Assembly: GCA_965223545.1 (NCBI GenBank)
Contig: OZ245006.1
Location: 6,944,001-7,008,000, forward strand
DNA length: 64,000 nucleotides
From: Planctomycetota bacterium
Lineage (GTDB): Bacteria > Planctomycetota > UBA1135 > UBA2386
Direction: 5' to 3'
Positions 38,459 through 49,046 of this stretch are shown here, one piece after another. Under the pieces are notes generated by a model that saw only the letters and a program-made list of their open reading frames with translations, searched no databases and was not told where the DNA came from. Position 1 is the first letter of the stretch. Every line of letters starts with the position of its first letter. The translations under genes and the position numbers were made by a program.

Positions 38459-39451
38459 GTGACCACCAACACCGAGCTTTCGCCGGCGGTCGGTTCGACC
38501 GCCGCGCCCGGCGGCGCGGCCGCCGCCGGGGCGTCGCCGGCGCCGCTGTTCAGCTTTGGCGTCCCGGTGCGGAATGCAGCCGCGTATCTCCCCCGGCTGC
38601 TCGACTCGCTGCTGGCGCAGACCGTCGCCGACCTGGAGGTGGTGCTCAGCGACAACTGCTCGGATGACGGCACCGTCGCCGTCTGCGAGGAGTACGCGCG
38701 GCGCGACCCGCGCGTGCGCCTGCATCGCAACAGCGAGGATCTGGGTCAGATCGCCAACTTCAACCGGACCGTGGAGCTGGCGCGCGGTCGCTATTTCCGG
38801 TGGATCGGGGCCGACGACTGGCTCGAGCCGACCTACATCGAAGCCTGCGTCGGCTGCTTTCGAGAGCATCCCGACGCGGTCGGCATCACGACCTTCCAAG
38901 ACCACGTCGACGATCAGGGGCGCACCCTGTACGCCGAGTACCGCGGCGAGCGGCTGGCGTCGAAGGACCTCGGGCAGCGGTTCAGCCGCATGCTGTGGGC
39001 GTTCACTGCCAACTACCTCTACTTCGATCCGATCTACAGCGCGATGCGGCGCGAGGTGTTGATGCGTTCGCGCCGGCTGCAGATCGTCCCGAACATGGAC
39101 CAAGTGCTGGCTGCCGAGCTGATCACGGTGGGGCCGTTCGAGCACGTGCCGCAGTGTCTGTCGCACCGGCGGCGGCAGAACGAAGTGGAGGACGAGCAGG
39201 TCTATCGCCGCTACGCCAAGGGCCGCCACAGTGAGCTCGACCCGACCACCTGGCGCCTGCTGCGGGCGTTTTCGCCGTTGCCGTGGCGCGTCGAGGCGAC
39301 CGTGGGGCAGCGACTCCGCTGTCTGTCGGCCGTTGCGCGTCACGTCATCGTCACGGCGTGCCGCCGCTGGCTGACGCGGATGCGGCGATGGGGCCGGCCG
39401 GCAAAGGCGTTCGTGCGCCGGCTGGGCGGCGGCACCACGAACTCGGCGTGA
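38459..39451 (+). CDS. Glycosyltransferase family 2
   Basis: GVPVRN, SDNCSDDGT, ANFN, WIGADD; start approximate. Confidence 0.9.
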   Translation: MTTNTELSPAVGSTAAPGGAAAAGASPAPLFSFGVPVRNAAAYLPRLLDSLLAQTVADLEVVLSDNCSDDGTVAVCEEYARRDPRVRLHRNSEDLGQIANFNRTVELARGRYFRWIGADDWLEPTYIEACVGCFREHPDAVGITTFQDHVDDQGRTLYAEYRGERLASKDLGQRFSRMLWAFTANYLYFDPIYSAMRREVLMRSRRLQIVPNMDQVLAAELITVGPFEHVPQCLSHRRRQNEVEDEQVYRRYAKGRHSELDPTTWRLLRAFSPLPWRVEATVGQRLRCLSAVARHVIVTACRRWLTRMRRWGRPAKAFVRRLGGGTTNSA

Positions 39452-39551
39452 TCGTCGCCCCCGGGTGCGATCGCATCGGTGGGGTAGGATGTTCGGGGAA
39501 CCCCGCTGCGCGTCGCGGGCGTCGAGTCCGTGCGCCCCGCCGCCGCCAACC

Positions 39552-41117
39552 ATGACCGCATCTCCGTCCAAACCGCAGCTGAGAAGCACTGCCGAGAGGA
39601 CCGGGCCAGCCCCGCCGGCGCCGGCCGGCGGCACGGTCCGGCCGGCCGGCTTCGAAACGCGGCAACAGGTCGGCCGTGCCGTCCTGCTGGCGGTCGATGC
39701 CGCGGTCATCGTCGCGGCGTTGGTGGCGGCGTACGGCGTCCGCTTCTGGTTGGGCCTCGGCGAAGCGCCAGGCAGTCAGGTGCGGCTGCAGGAGTATCTC
39801 AAGCTCACCGTGCTGCTGGTGCCCGGCATTCTGTTGTTGTGCCAGAGCTGGAGCCTCTACCGATTGGCGAGCCGGCACTCCGCCGTCGAAGAGGCCGCCG
39901 TCGTGGTGCGGGCGGTCAGTGCCGCCACTGCTCTGGTCTTGGCGCTGACTTTCTTCTATCGCGAGTTCTCGTACTCGCGGCTCGTGTTCGCGGTGTTCTG
40001 GCCGCTGTGCATCGGCGGCATGGTGCTCGCCCAGCTCGGGTTTCGCCACTGGCAGCTGCGGCGCTACAGCCGGGGGTGCGATCTGCGCCGCACGGTGGTG
40101 ATCGGGCGCGCACCGTCCTATCTCGCCCAGAGGTTGGCGACCGAGCCGGTCTTCGGCCTGCAGGTCGTCGGTTGCGTCGCGCCTCCGCCGCGCGGCCCCG
40201 AATCGCGTGCGCTGCAGCTCGTCGACTCCGCGCGCGGCGGGCGGCGGCCGCCGGCTGCCGGCGGTGACATGCCGGAGCTGGGCGGCCTCGCGGCGCTCGA
40301 CGAAGTCCTCGCGGAGCACGCCGTCGAAGAGGTCGTGGTCCTGGACCAGGAGCTCGACCACGCCGACCTGCTGCACGTGATCGACACGTGCGAGCGCCGC
40401 GGGGTGCGGGTTCGGATGATCCCGGCGATCTACGACCTGTTCGTGCAACCGGGCGACTTCAGCTACGTGCACGGCGTGCCGTTGCTGCGCGTCGACGAAC
40501 GGCGCTACCTGTGGTTGATGCGGCTGATCAAGCGGTGCTTCGACATGATCGTGTCGGGAGTCCTGCTCGTGCTCCTGCTGCCGGTGATGGCGTTGATCTG
40601 GCTGGTGATTCGACTCGATTCGCCGGGCCCCGCCCTGTTCGTGCAGCGCCGGGCCGGCGAGCACGGCCGACCGTTCACCATGCTCAAGTTCCGCACCATG
40701 GCGGTGGACGCGGAGCAGCGTCTGCACGAGGTGGTCGACGTGGGGGGCTTGGCACAGCCGGTGTTCAAGATCGAGCGCGACCCGCGCGTGACCAGGGTCG
40801 GCCGCTGGCTGCGGCGTTCCTCGCTCGACGAGCTGCCCCAGCTGATCAACGTGCTGCGCGGAGAGATGAGCCTGGTCGGCCCCCGCCCCGAAGAACTGTC
40901 CATGGCGGCCCGCTACGACGTCTGGCAGCGGCGGCGGTTGAAGGTCAAGCCGGGCATCACCGGTCTGCAGCAGGTCGAGGCGCGCGGAACTCTCAGCGAT
41001 CTCAACGATCGGGTGCGGCTCGACGTCTACTACATCCGCAAGCAGAGTCTGTTGCTCGACGTCGTGATTCTGGCGCGCACCGTTTGGGCGGTGCTGCGCG
41101 GCCACGGCGCCGCCTGA
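39552..41117 (+). CDS. Polyprenyl-phosphate glycosylphosphotransferase (WcaJ/WbaP-like)
   Basis: N-terminal TMs, KRCFD, KFRTM, DPRVTRVG, SLDELPQLINV, MSLVGPRP, KPGITG. Confidence 0.93.
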   Translation: MTASPSKPQLRSTAERTGPAPPAPAGGTVRPAGFETRQQVGRAVLLAVDAAVIVAALVAAYGVRFWLGLGEAPGSQVRLQEYLKLTVLLVPGILLLCQSWSLYRLASRHSAVEEAAVVVRAVSAATALVLALTFFYREFSYSRLVFAVFWPLCIGGMVLAQLGFRHWQLRRYSRGCDLRRTVVIGRAPSYLAQRLATEPVFGLQVVGCVAPPPRGPESRALQLVDSARGGRRPPAAGGDMPELGGLAALDEVLAEHAVEEVVVLDQELDHADLLHVIDTCERRGVRVRMIPAIYDLFVQPGDFSYVHGVPLLRVDERRYLWLMRLIKRCFDMIVSGVLLVLLLPVMALIWLVIRLDSPGPALFVQRRAGEHGRPFTMLKFRTMAVDAEQRLHEVVDVGGLAQPVFKIERDPRVTRVGRWLRRSSLDELPQLINVLRGEMSLVGPRPEELSMAARYDVWQRRRLKVKPGITGLQQVEARGTLSDLNDRVRLDVYYIRKQSLLLDVVILARTVWAVLRGHGAA

Positions 41118-41176
41118 CGCGGCGGGTTTGCTCCCGCGGCGCGGCCACCGGCGAAGGGGCTTCGCGCCGGGCACGT

Positions 41177-42218
41177 TCAGCCGCACCCACCTAGTGCTGA
41201 CAGCGACTGCCTGAGTCGAGATTCGCCGGGCTGGCGCCGCGCGGCGCGGCGCAGCAGCTGCTCGGCGCGTCGTGGTTGTTCGCGGGCCTCGAGCAGCCGG
41301 GCCCGTGCCAGCGTCAAGCGCACGTGTTCGACCGGCGTGCGGCGCGCGTGCAGCAGAGTGGCCGCAGCGCGCGACAACGCGCCGGTCGCGACCGCGCACT
41401 CGAAGCGCCAGAGCACCACCGCCGGGTGGTCGGGCGCCAAGGCGCGCGCCGCGTCGAGCACCGCATCCGGATCGAGCGCCTCGGCGTCGATGCCATAGCG
41501 GGCGAAGCGGACCAGGGCGCTGCGCAGCGCCGGATCCATGGGCCGCACGCCGAGGCGGCGCTTGATGGCGCGCAGCCGGCGCAGGCGCCCGCGCGGGTCG
41601 GGACGCCGGCGGATCGGCTCGTCGTGCACAGCGACCAGCCCGCGGTCGCGCAGCAGGTCAGCCGCCAAGCCGACCAGCGTCTCGACCGCGCGCGAACGCC
41701 AGAACGCGAGAAAGTCCGGGCCGTGACCGAGGGCGCCGGCCAGTCTCGACCAAGTGCGGCGCAGGTTGCGCTGCGAGACCCCGAGAGTGCGGCTGGTCTC
41801 GCCGATGTTGATGCGGCCGTTCTTCAGCCGTGACGATGCCCAGATCAAGCGCTGCGCGATGGCTCGGTCATCGGCCGAGAGCTCGTCCAGCGCGGCTTCG
41901 TGGTCCCGCGGTTGCGGCTCTTCGAGCGCATCGACGGTGGCGCCGGCCGCGCGTTGGCCGTAGCCGCGCACGCGCAAACGGTAGTGGCCGTGCTCGATCA
42001 GCCGCGCCCACCGGGCGAATCGCGCGCGGCCGTCGAGCGCGGTGATGATGCTGCCGTTCTCCAGGCAGTCGACGGTCAGGTCTTGCCGGAGGTCGTCGAC
42101 GACGTCGGCGTGGCGGGCGGGATCGAGTCCCTTCCAACACTGCAGCCGCCCGCAGGATCGCGGGTAGACCGCGCGCCAAGAACTCCTCCAGATACTCCAG
42201 TGCGGTGGGGCTGCTCAT
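41177..42218 (-). pseudogene. Frameshifted hypothetical gene with sigma-like/HTH and helical C-terminal region
   Basis: MSSPTALEYLEEFLARGLPAIL continues as RLQCWKGLDPARHADVVDDL... into ORF 41177..41977 if one base is removed at 42149-42151. Confidence 0.6.
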
Positions 42219-42471
42219 CGCCGACCGAGACGGGTGTGGCCAAGGACGCGCCGGGCTCGCGCAGCGCCGCCCTGCGCGCGGGTGCCTCGCACCGCCGACT
42301 CTCCTCCACCTTCATTGAACTCAGCCCTGGCGTTTGTCGCAGCAATCATGCGAATTCTTTTCGCCACGCGTCCGCCAAACGGTACGCCTAGACGTGCATT
42401 CCGATGTCGGTGCGGGGCGGCCGTTCGCCACCGGATCGGCGCGCCGACCTCAGCCACATCCGCTGCATACC

Positions 42472-43746
42472 ATGTCGACTTCTTGTGTCATCGGCCTCCT
42501 CTGGGGCGATGAAGGCAAGGGCAAGGTCATCGACTACCTCGCGCAGGACGCCGACTTCGTCGCGCGCTACGCGGGTGGGCACAACGCCGGGCACACGATC
42601 ATCACCAGCGGCGGCAAGATGGTGTTGCATCTCGTCCCCTCCGGCGCGTTTCGCGACGGGGTCGTCAACGTCATCGGCAACGGTGTGGTCGTCGACCCGT
42701 GGCACCTGGTCGACGAGGTCGCCGGCCTCGCCGCCGCTGGCGCGCCGCTGACGCCGGGTCAGACCTTGTTGGTCTCGGAGCGTGCGCACGTGATCTTGCC
42801 GTTGCACCGCGCGCTCGATCAGGTTGCCGAGGCGATCCGCGGCGCGGGGCGCATCGGCACCACCGGGCGCGGCATCGGACCCACCTACGCCGACCGGGCG
42901 TCGCGCACCGGCGTGCGGGTTGGCGACCTCCTCCGCCCGGCGACGCTGGTCGAGGCGCTGCGCCGGCTGGTGGCGGAGAAGCAGCCGCTGCTGCGGGCGC
43001 ACGGCCTCGAGGTGCCGGACCCCGGCGCGATGGCGGCCGAGCTCGAGAGTTTGGGCGACACTTTGCGGCCGTCGATCGCGGACACCGGCCACGTGCTTCG
43101 CGAAGCGCACGCCGCCGGCAAGCGGCTCTTGCTCGAGGGCGCGCAGGGGGTGCTGCTCGACGTCGACCACGGCACCTACCCGTTCTGCACCTCGTCCAGC
43201 GCATCGACTGCGGGGGCGGCGGTCGGCACCGGATTGCCGCCGCGGGCTCTGCAGTCCGTGACCGGCGTCGTCAAGTCCTACGCCACCCGGGTCGGCGAGG
43301 GGCCGCTGCCGACCGAGCTCGTCGATGCGACCGGCGACCGCTTGCGCGAGGCCGGCAACGAGTACGGCTCGACCACCGGCCGGCCGCGGCGGTGCGGGTG
43401 GTTCGACGCAGTGGCGGTCCGCTACGCGGCGCAGGTGTCGGGCACGGACCGGCTGGTGCTGACCAGCCTCGACGTGCTGCGCGGCTTCGACCCGCTGCGC
43501 ATCGCGGTCGCCTACGAGGCGCCGGACGGCAGTCGGATCGATCGGTTTCCGGCATACGATCTCGAGCGGATGCGCCCGGTGTGGGAGGAGCTGCCCGGTT
43601 TCGAGGAGGACCTGCGCGCTTGCCGCGACTTCGCCGAGCTGCCGCCCGCGGCGCGCCGCTACGTCGAGACCATCGAGCGGCACGTCGGCGTCGAGATCGA
43701 GTTGGTCTCGGTCGGGCCGGGGCGCGAGGAGGTGGTCCGCCGATGA
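42472..43746 (+). CDS. purA: Adenylosuccinate synthetase
   Basis: WGDEGKGK, GGHNAGHT, GTTGRGIGP, EGAQG, TRVGEGP, TTGRPRRCGWFD. Confidence 0.97.
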   Translation: MSTSCVIGLLWGDEGKGKVIDYLAQDADFVARYAGGHNAGHTIITSGGKMVLHLVPSGAFRDGVVNVIGNGVVVDPWHLVDEVAGLAAAGAPLTPGQTLLVSERAHVILPLHRALDQVAEAIRGAGRIGTTGRGIGPTYADRASRTGVRVGDLLRPATLVEALRRLVAEKQPLLRAHGLEVPDPGAMAAELESLGDTLRPSIADTGHVLREAHAAGKRLLLEGAQGVLLDVDHGTYPFCTSSSASTAGAAVGTGLPPRALQSVTGVVKSYATRVGEGPLPTELVDATGDRLREAGNEYGSTTGRPRRCGWFDAVAVRYAAQVSGTDRLVLTSLDVLRGFDPLRIAVAYEAPDGSRIDRFPAYDLERMRPVWEELPGFEEDLRACRDFAELPPAARRYVETIERHVGVEIELVSVGPGREEVVRR

Positions 43747-44474
43747 GCCGGCCGCCGAGCGGTGCCACCGACGACGTGGTGCCGCGCTCGATCGCCATCA
43801 TCATGGATGGCAATGGACGGTGGGCGACCCAGCGGGGCTTCCAGCGGATCAAGGGGCACGAGAACGGCACCATCGCGGTGCGCGAGACGGTCGAGGAGTG
43901 TGCTCGCCTCGGGGTGGAGGCGCTGACCCTGTACGCGTTTTCCGAGGAGAACTGGCGGCGGCCACGGCGCGAGATCGAGCTGCTGATGCGCCTGCTGCAG
44001 CGCTTTCTGGTCGGCGAGCGCGACAACATGATGCGCAACAACGTGCGGCTGCTGCACGCCGGGCGCATCGACAAGCTGTCGGCCTCGGTGCGCCGCACGC
44101 TGGAGGAGACCATGGCGTTGACCGCCGGCAACGACGGCTTGCGCCTGTGTCTGGCGATCAGCTACGGCGGCCGTGCCGAGCTCGTCGACGCCACCCGGCG
44201 AATCGCGGCCGCGGTGCAGAGTGGGGAGCTGGCGGTCGAAGACATCGACGAGCAGTCGGTGCGCGATCGCCTCTACCAGCCGGCGCTTCCCGATCCGGAC
44301 CTGTTGATCCGCACCGCCGGTGAGATGCGGGTCAGCAACTTCCTGCTGTGGCAGATCAGCTACGCCGAGCTGTACGTGACCGACGTGCTGTGGCCCGATT
44401 TTCGCTCCGCCGATCTCGAAGAGGCGCTGCGCGCCTACCGCAGTCGGGTGCGCCGCTTCGGTCGAGTGCTCTGA
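43743..44474 (+). CDS. uppS: Undecaprenyl diphosphate synthase
   Basis: IIMDGNGRWA, YAFSEENW, YGGR, DLLIRTAGEMRVSNFLLWQ. Confidence 0.96.
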   Translation: MSRPPSGATDDVVPRSIAIIMDGNGRWATQRGFQRIKGHENGTIAVRETVEECARLGVEALTLYAFSEENWRRPRREIELLMRLLQRFLVGERDNMMRNNVRLLHAGRIDKLSASVRRTLEETMALTAGNDGLRLCLAISYGGRAELVDATRRIAAAVQSGELAVEDIDEQSVRDRLYQPALPDPDLLIRTAGEMRVSNFLLWQISYAELYVTDVLWPDFRSADLEEALRAYRSRVRRFGRVL

Positions 44475-45325
44475 TGGGAGCGGGCGAGCTCAAGACGCGC
44501 CTGCTGTTCGGCTCGTCCATGCTGCTGGCGATCGTCGCGGTCTACGTGACCGACTCGTTCACCGCGACGGACGGCACCCTGACCGCCGCCCTGCTGGGGC
44601 TGCTCGCGGTCGCCGGCGTGCACGAGTACGTCTCCATGCTCCGGCACGCCGGCCACGCCGTGGCGCGGGGGCTGCTGCTGCTGTTCACCGCGGCGCTGGC
44701 GCTGAGCGCGCTGTTCTTTCGCGGCTGGCAGGTGCTCGACCGCGAGCTGTATCCGCTGGCGATCGGCACGCTGCTCCTGCTGTTTCCCATCGCGGTTCGC
44801 TCGCTGGCGCAGGATCGCATGCAGCGCGGCTTGGAAGAGCAGGGCGCCACTCTCCTCGGCTTCGTCTGGATCGCGTGGCCGATGTTCCTGGCGCAGGGCC
44901 TGGCGATGCGCCACCTGCCGGCGGTGCTGTTCGTCGTGCTGGTGTGCAAGGGTGGCGACATCGGCGCCTATTTTGCCGGCATCAGCTTCGGCCGCCGCAA
45001 GCTGATCGCCCACATCAGCGCGGGCAAGACCGTCGAAGGGGCGTGCGGCAGCTTGCTCGCCTCCTGCGCGCTCGCCGCCGTGCTGGCGCCCGTTCTGCTG
45101 CCGGACTCCGCCGGAGTTGGATTGACCGGGTCGCTGCTGATCGGGATCATGTTGAACGTGACCGCGCAGGCCGGCGACCTGGTCGAGTCGCTGCTCAAGC
45201 GCAGCTGCGGAGTGAAGGACTCGGCGGCCCTGCTGCCCGCGCACGGCGGCGTCCTCGATCTGATCGACAGCCTGTTGTTCTCGTTTCCCGCCTTCTTCGT
45301 GGTGTTCGTGGGACTGACTCCGTGA
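44474..45325 (+). CDS. cdsA: Phosphatidate cytidylyltransferase
   Basis: Polytopic; DIGAYFAG, ISAGKTVEG, GDLVESLLKR..VKDS..LPAHGGVLD. Confidence 0.93.
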   Translation: MGAGELKTRLLFGSSMLLAIVAVYVTDSFTATDGTLTAALLGLLAVAGVHEYVSMLRHAGHAVARGLLLLFTAALALSALFFRGWQVLDRELYPLAIGTLLLLFPIAVRSLAQDRMQRGLEEQGATLLGFVWIAWPMFLAQGLAMRHLPAVLFVVLVCKGGDIGAYFAGISFGRRKLIAHISAGKTVEGACGSLLASCALAAVLAPVLLPDSAGVGLTGSLLIGIMLNVTAQAGDLVESLLKRSCGVKDSAALLPAHGGVLDLIDSLLFSFPAFFVVFVGLTP

Positions 45326-46335
45326 AAGACACACCGGCCGACGAATCGATCAAGATCAACGACTTCGACGAGGTCCGCACTCTGCTCGGTCCGCTCGACA
45401 CCAACACGCGGCTGATCCGCGAGGTGCACGGGGTCAACGTGCTGGTGCGCGAGGGCAGCCTTCGGCTGCTCGGCGCGCAGGAGAACGTGGCCACGGTGCG
45501 TGAGCTGCTCGAGGCGGGCCTCGCCTCGATCCGGGCCGGCGGCGAGATCAGCACGGCCGAGATCGCGCGGCGGATCCGCGGCGATCTCCCGGACGGCAAC
45601 GGCGCTGCGGAGGCGGTGCGCGCGCCGCCGCGCCAGACGCACCGCCGCCGCGGCGCGGTCAAGCCGCGGACCGCGGGCCAGGGCCGCTACCTCGAGGCGA
45701 TGCGCGAGCACGAGGTCGTGCTGGCGGTGGGGCCGGCCGGTACCGGCAAAACCTACTTGGCGGTGGCGGCGGCGTTGGCCGCGGTGCGCGATGGTGACGC
45801 GCGGCGGCTCGTCTTGGTGCGGCCGGCGGTCGAGGCCGGCGAGAAGCTGGGATTCTTGCCCGGTGATTTTCAGGCCAAGGTGGACCCGTACCTGCGACCG
45901 CTGCACGACGCCGTGCAGGACTTGCTCGACCCGGGCCAACGGCAGCGTTACCTCGACAGCGACATGATCGAGACCTGTCCGCTCGCCTACATGCGGGGGC
46001 GCACGCTGACCGACTCGTTCATCATTCTGGACGAGGCGCAGAACACCACGGTGCAGCAGATGCTGATGTTCTTGACCCGCCTCGGCGAGGGCTCGCGCAT
46101 GGTCGTCACCGGCGATCCCACGCAGATCGATCTGCCGCGCCAGGTGACGTCGGGATTGATCGACTCGGTCCGCCGCCTGCGCGGCGTGGATGGCGTCGGC
46201 ATCATCGAGCTGACCGCCGAGGACGTCGTCCGACACCCCGTCGTCGGCCGGATCCTCAAGGCCTACGGGGCGACGGGCAGTGCGCCGGGCAGCGCGCCGG
46301 GCCGCGGCCGGCGCCGCGGAGGGGAGCGGGAGTGA
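45322..46335 (+). CDS. phoH: PhoH-family ATPase
   Basis: GPAGTGKT, RPAVEAGEKLGFLPG, YMRGRTL, DEAQN, GDPTQIDL. Confidence 0.93.
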   Translation: MKDTPADESIKINDFDEVRTLLGPLDTNTRLIREVHGVNVLVREGSLRLLGAQENVATVRELLEAGLASIRAGGEISTAEIARRIRGDLPDGNGAAEAVRAPPRQTHRRRGAVKPRTAGQGRYLEAMREHEVVLAVGPAGTGKTYLAVAAALAAVRDGDARRLVLVRPAVEAGEKLGFLPGDFQAKVDPYLRPLHDAVQDLLDPGQRQRYLDSDMIETCPLAYMRGRTLTDSFIILDEAQNTTVQQMLMFLTRLGEGSRMVVTGDPTQIDLPRQVTSGLIDSVRRLRGVDGVGIIELTAEDVVRHPVVGRILKAYGATGSAPGSAPGRGRRRGGERE

Positions 46336-46772
46336 CCCCGCGCCGGCCGGCGCCGGTGGAGCTGGTCGACCGCTTCCGGCCGCGCAGCGACGCGGCCTTC
46401 GTCCGCCGCGTGGCCGCCGCAGCGCGGCGCTTCGGCGGGCGTCCCGACTTGCCGGTCTCGCTGCTGTTGACCGACGATGCGGAGATCGCTGCTCTGCACG
46501 GCGAGTTCCTCGGTGATCCGACCCCCACGGATGTGATCACGTTTCCGCTCGACGATGGCGTCGAGATCGTCGTCAGCGTCGAATGCGCGCGCCGCGAGGC
46601 GCGCGCGCGCGGACACGCGATCCGCGCCGAGCTGGCGCTGTACGTCGTGCACGGAGTGTTGCACGTGTGCGGCTACGACGACATCGAGGCGCGCGATCGC
46701 GCGCGCATGCGCGCCGCCGAGCGCGCGGTACTCGACGCGCTCGGCGTCGTCGTCGGCGCGGTCGACGACTGA
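46332..46772 (+). CDS. ybeY: rRNA maturation RNase YbeY
   Basis: PTDVITF, HGVLHVCGYDD (third His replaced by Asp). Confidence 0.9.
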   Translation: MTPRRPAPVELVDRFRPRSDAAFVRRVAAAARRFGGRPDLPVSLLLTDDAEIAALHGEFLGDPTPTDVITFPLDDGVEIVVSVECARREARARGHAIRAELALYVVHGVLHVCGYDDIEARDRARMRAAERAVLDALGVVVGAVDD

Positions 46773-46824
46773 ATCGCGGTCCGCATCATCGAACTCTTTC
46801 CGTGCGCGAGCGAAGAAGACTCGA

Positions 46825-46852
46825 TTGCGCACACACCGAAGTCCGATACAAT
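46825..46852 (+). promoter_or_regulatory. Candidate sigma-70 promoter overlapping a CCGATA (sigma-28-like -10) element
   Basis: TTGCGC-N16-TACAAT upstream of the FliA/WhiG gene; CCGATA at 46843-46848. Confidence 0.35.
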
Positions 46853-46929
46853 TCACAAGTTCGCGGATCGACGTGAACGCGTTTCGCACGAAGGTGCGTG
46901 CACCCGAAACACCGCCAAGGTGGGTAGGG

Positions 46930-47730
46930 ATGACGACCATCAAGCCAAAGAACTCGACCTCGTCTCGGACGCCGCGCGCGGCTCGCGATGCCGCGCGACA
47001 GCGCGCCGGCCAGCGGCAGACCGAGTCGCTGTGGCGGCACTTTCGGCGCACGCGGAGCGCCAAGACGCGCAACCAGCTGATCGAGCGCTATCGGCCGCTG
47101 GTGGAGGCGATGGCCTCCAGCATGGCGGCGCGACTGCCGCGCAGCGTCGATGTGCAGGACTTGACCCACGCGGGGGTTTGGGGGTTGATGCGCGCGATCG
47201 AGAACTTCGAGCCCGAGCGCGGCAACAACTTCACGCCGTTCATGCGGATGCGGGTGCGAGGCGCGATGCTCGACGAGCTGCGCAGCCTCGACTACGTCCC
47301 GCGCCTGGTCCGCCACCGGCGGCGGGCACTGGACGCGGCCCGTTTCAGGCTGCGGGGAGAGCTCGACCGCGCGCCGACGGACGCCGAGCTGGCGGATGAG
47401 CTCGGAGTGACGGAAACCGCCTTGCGGACGCGGTTTTCGCTGTCGCCGCCGGGCGGCGCTCGGATGGACGACGCCGATCTGGACCGGCTCGAGGGGCTGG
47501 TCGACGAGGGCACCGAGTCGCCCGGGGATGCGCTGCAGCGGCGTGACCTGCTGGCGAAGATCAAGGCCAGCTTGCAGCCGATCGAGTGGCAGGTCCTCGA
47601 GCTGCACTACATTCGCGGCCTGAGCGGCAAGGAGATCGCCCGGCGGCTCCACTTGTCCGCTTCGCGGATCTGCCAGATCCACGGGCGGGTGCTGTCGCGC
47701 CTCAAGGCTCGGCTCGAGCCGTTGCGGTAG
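46930..47730 (+). CDS. FliA/WhiG-family sigma factor
   Basis: RNQLIERY.PLV, DLTHAGVWGL, RVRGAMLDELRSLD, EIARRLHLSASRICQIH. Confidence 0.9.
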   Translation: MTTIKPKNSTSSRTPRAARDAARQRAGQRQTESLWRHFRRTRSAKTRNQLIERYRPLVEAMASSMAARLPRSVDVQDLTHAGVWGLMRAIENFEPERGNNFTPFMRMRVRGAMLDELRSLDYVPRLVRHRRRALDAARFRLRGELDRAPTDAELADELGVTETALRTRFSLSPPGGARMDDADLDRLEGLVDEGTESPGDALQRRDLLAKIKASLQPIEWQVLELHYIRGLSGKEIARRLHLSASRICQIHGRVLSRLKARLEPLR

Positions 47731-47753
47731 TGACCTTCGGGTGATGGCGTCGC

Positions 47754-49046
47754 ATGGCCCGGCCTCCATCGCCTGACCCATCTGCCGAGCAGGAGCTGCC
47801 GCGCGACGGTGCGCTGCGGTCCCACGGTGGAGCGCTGTACTGCGAGCAGGTGCCGATCGCCGAGCTGGCCCAGCGCTTCGGCACCCCGCTCTACGTGTAC
47901 AGCCAAGCGGTGATCGAGCGCCGGGTCGCGGCGCTACGCACCGCGTTCGGTCCCGACGCCCGCATCTGCTACGCGGTGAAAGCCAACAGCAACCTGTCGA
48001 TCCTCCGCCTCCTGGACCGGCTCGGCTGCGGCTTCGATCTCGTCAGTGGGGGTGAGCTCGCCCGGCTGGCGGCTGCCGGCCTGGATGCCGGGTCGGCGGT
48101 GTTCGCCGGCGTCGCCAAGCAGCGGTGGGAGATCGATGCCGCGCTGCAGGCGGGGATCTCGTTCTTCAACGTCGAGTCGCTGCAGGAGCTCGGCCTTCTC
48201 GCCGATGCCGCGCGGGCGGCCGGTACGCGGGCTCGCGTGGCGGTGCGGTTCAACCCGGACGTCGACGCCGGCACCCACGAGTACATCGCCACCGGGCGCC
48301 GCGGCGACAAGTTCGGCCTCGATCGCGCGGCCGCGGCGGCTGCGGTCGCCGAGATCGCCGCCACCCCGGCGCTGGAGCTGGTGGGCTACCACGTGCATCT
48401 CGGCTCTCAGCTGTCGTCGCCGGAACCGTACCTGGCGGCGTGGCTGGCCGTCGAGGCGTTCATGGACGAGGCGCCCGCGCACCGGGACGGCGTGCGCTAC
48501 TACGATCTCGGCGGTGGCTTCGGCATCGGCGGAGACGGCACCGCGCCGCTGGATGTGGCGGCGTTGGCCGAGCGGCTCGTCCCCCGGCTCGTCGACCGCG
48601 GGCTGACGCCGGTGGTCGAGCCCGGGCGGTTCCTGATCGCCGACGCCGGGGCCCTGCTGACGACCGTGCTCGGCGTGAAGCAGGCCGGCGACCGCCGGTT
48701 CGCGTTGGTCGATGCGGCGATGAACGACCTGATGAGACCCGCGCTCTACCGGGCCCGGCACCCGGTGGCCGCCGATCGCGCCGGGACAGCGACCGAAACC
48801 CTGGAGTACGACGTGGTCGGTCCGGTGTGTGAGACCGGCGACTTCCTGGCGCGCGCCTGTCGGCTGCCCGCGCTGCGGCGTGGCGACCTGCTTTCGGTGC
48901 TGGCTGCCGGCGCCTACGGTATGGCGATGGCGTCCAACTACAACAGCCGCGGCCGGGCCGCGGAGGTCCTGGTGTGCGGTACCGACGCGAAACGGATTCG
49001 GCGTCGCGAAGAGCTGGCCGATCTTTGGGCGGCGGAGGACGTTTGA
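47754..49046 (+). CDS. lysA: Diaminopimelate decarboxylase
   Basis: GTPLYVY, YAVKANS, HLGSQ, DLGGG, EPGR, VGPVCETGD, GAYG, SNYNSR. Confidence 0.96.
   Translation: MARPPSPDPSAEQELPRDGALRSHGGALYCEQVPIAELAQRFGTPLYVYSQAVIERRVAALRTAFGPDARICYAVKANSNLSILRLLDRLGCGFDLVSGGELARLAAAGLDAGSAVFAGVAKQRWEIDAALQAGISFFNVESLQELGLLADAARAAGTRARVAVRFNPDVDAGTHEYIATGRRGDKFGLDRAAAAAAVAEIAATPALELVGYHVHLGSQLSSPEPYLAAWLAVEAFMDEAPAHRDGVRYYDLGGGFGIGGDGTAPLDVAALAERLVPRLVDRGLTPVVEPGRFLIADAGALLTTVLGVKQAGDRRFALVDAAMNDLMRPALYRARHPVAADRAGTATETLEYDVVGPVCETGDFLARACRLPALRRGDLLSVLAAGAYGMAMASNYNSRGRAAEVLVCGTDAKRIRRREELADLWAAEDV

Noticed and set aside
46930..47730. Flagellar locus
   Set aside because: Only a FliA/WhiG-family sigma factor; no flagellar or chemotaxis genes nearby
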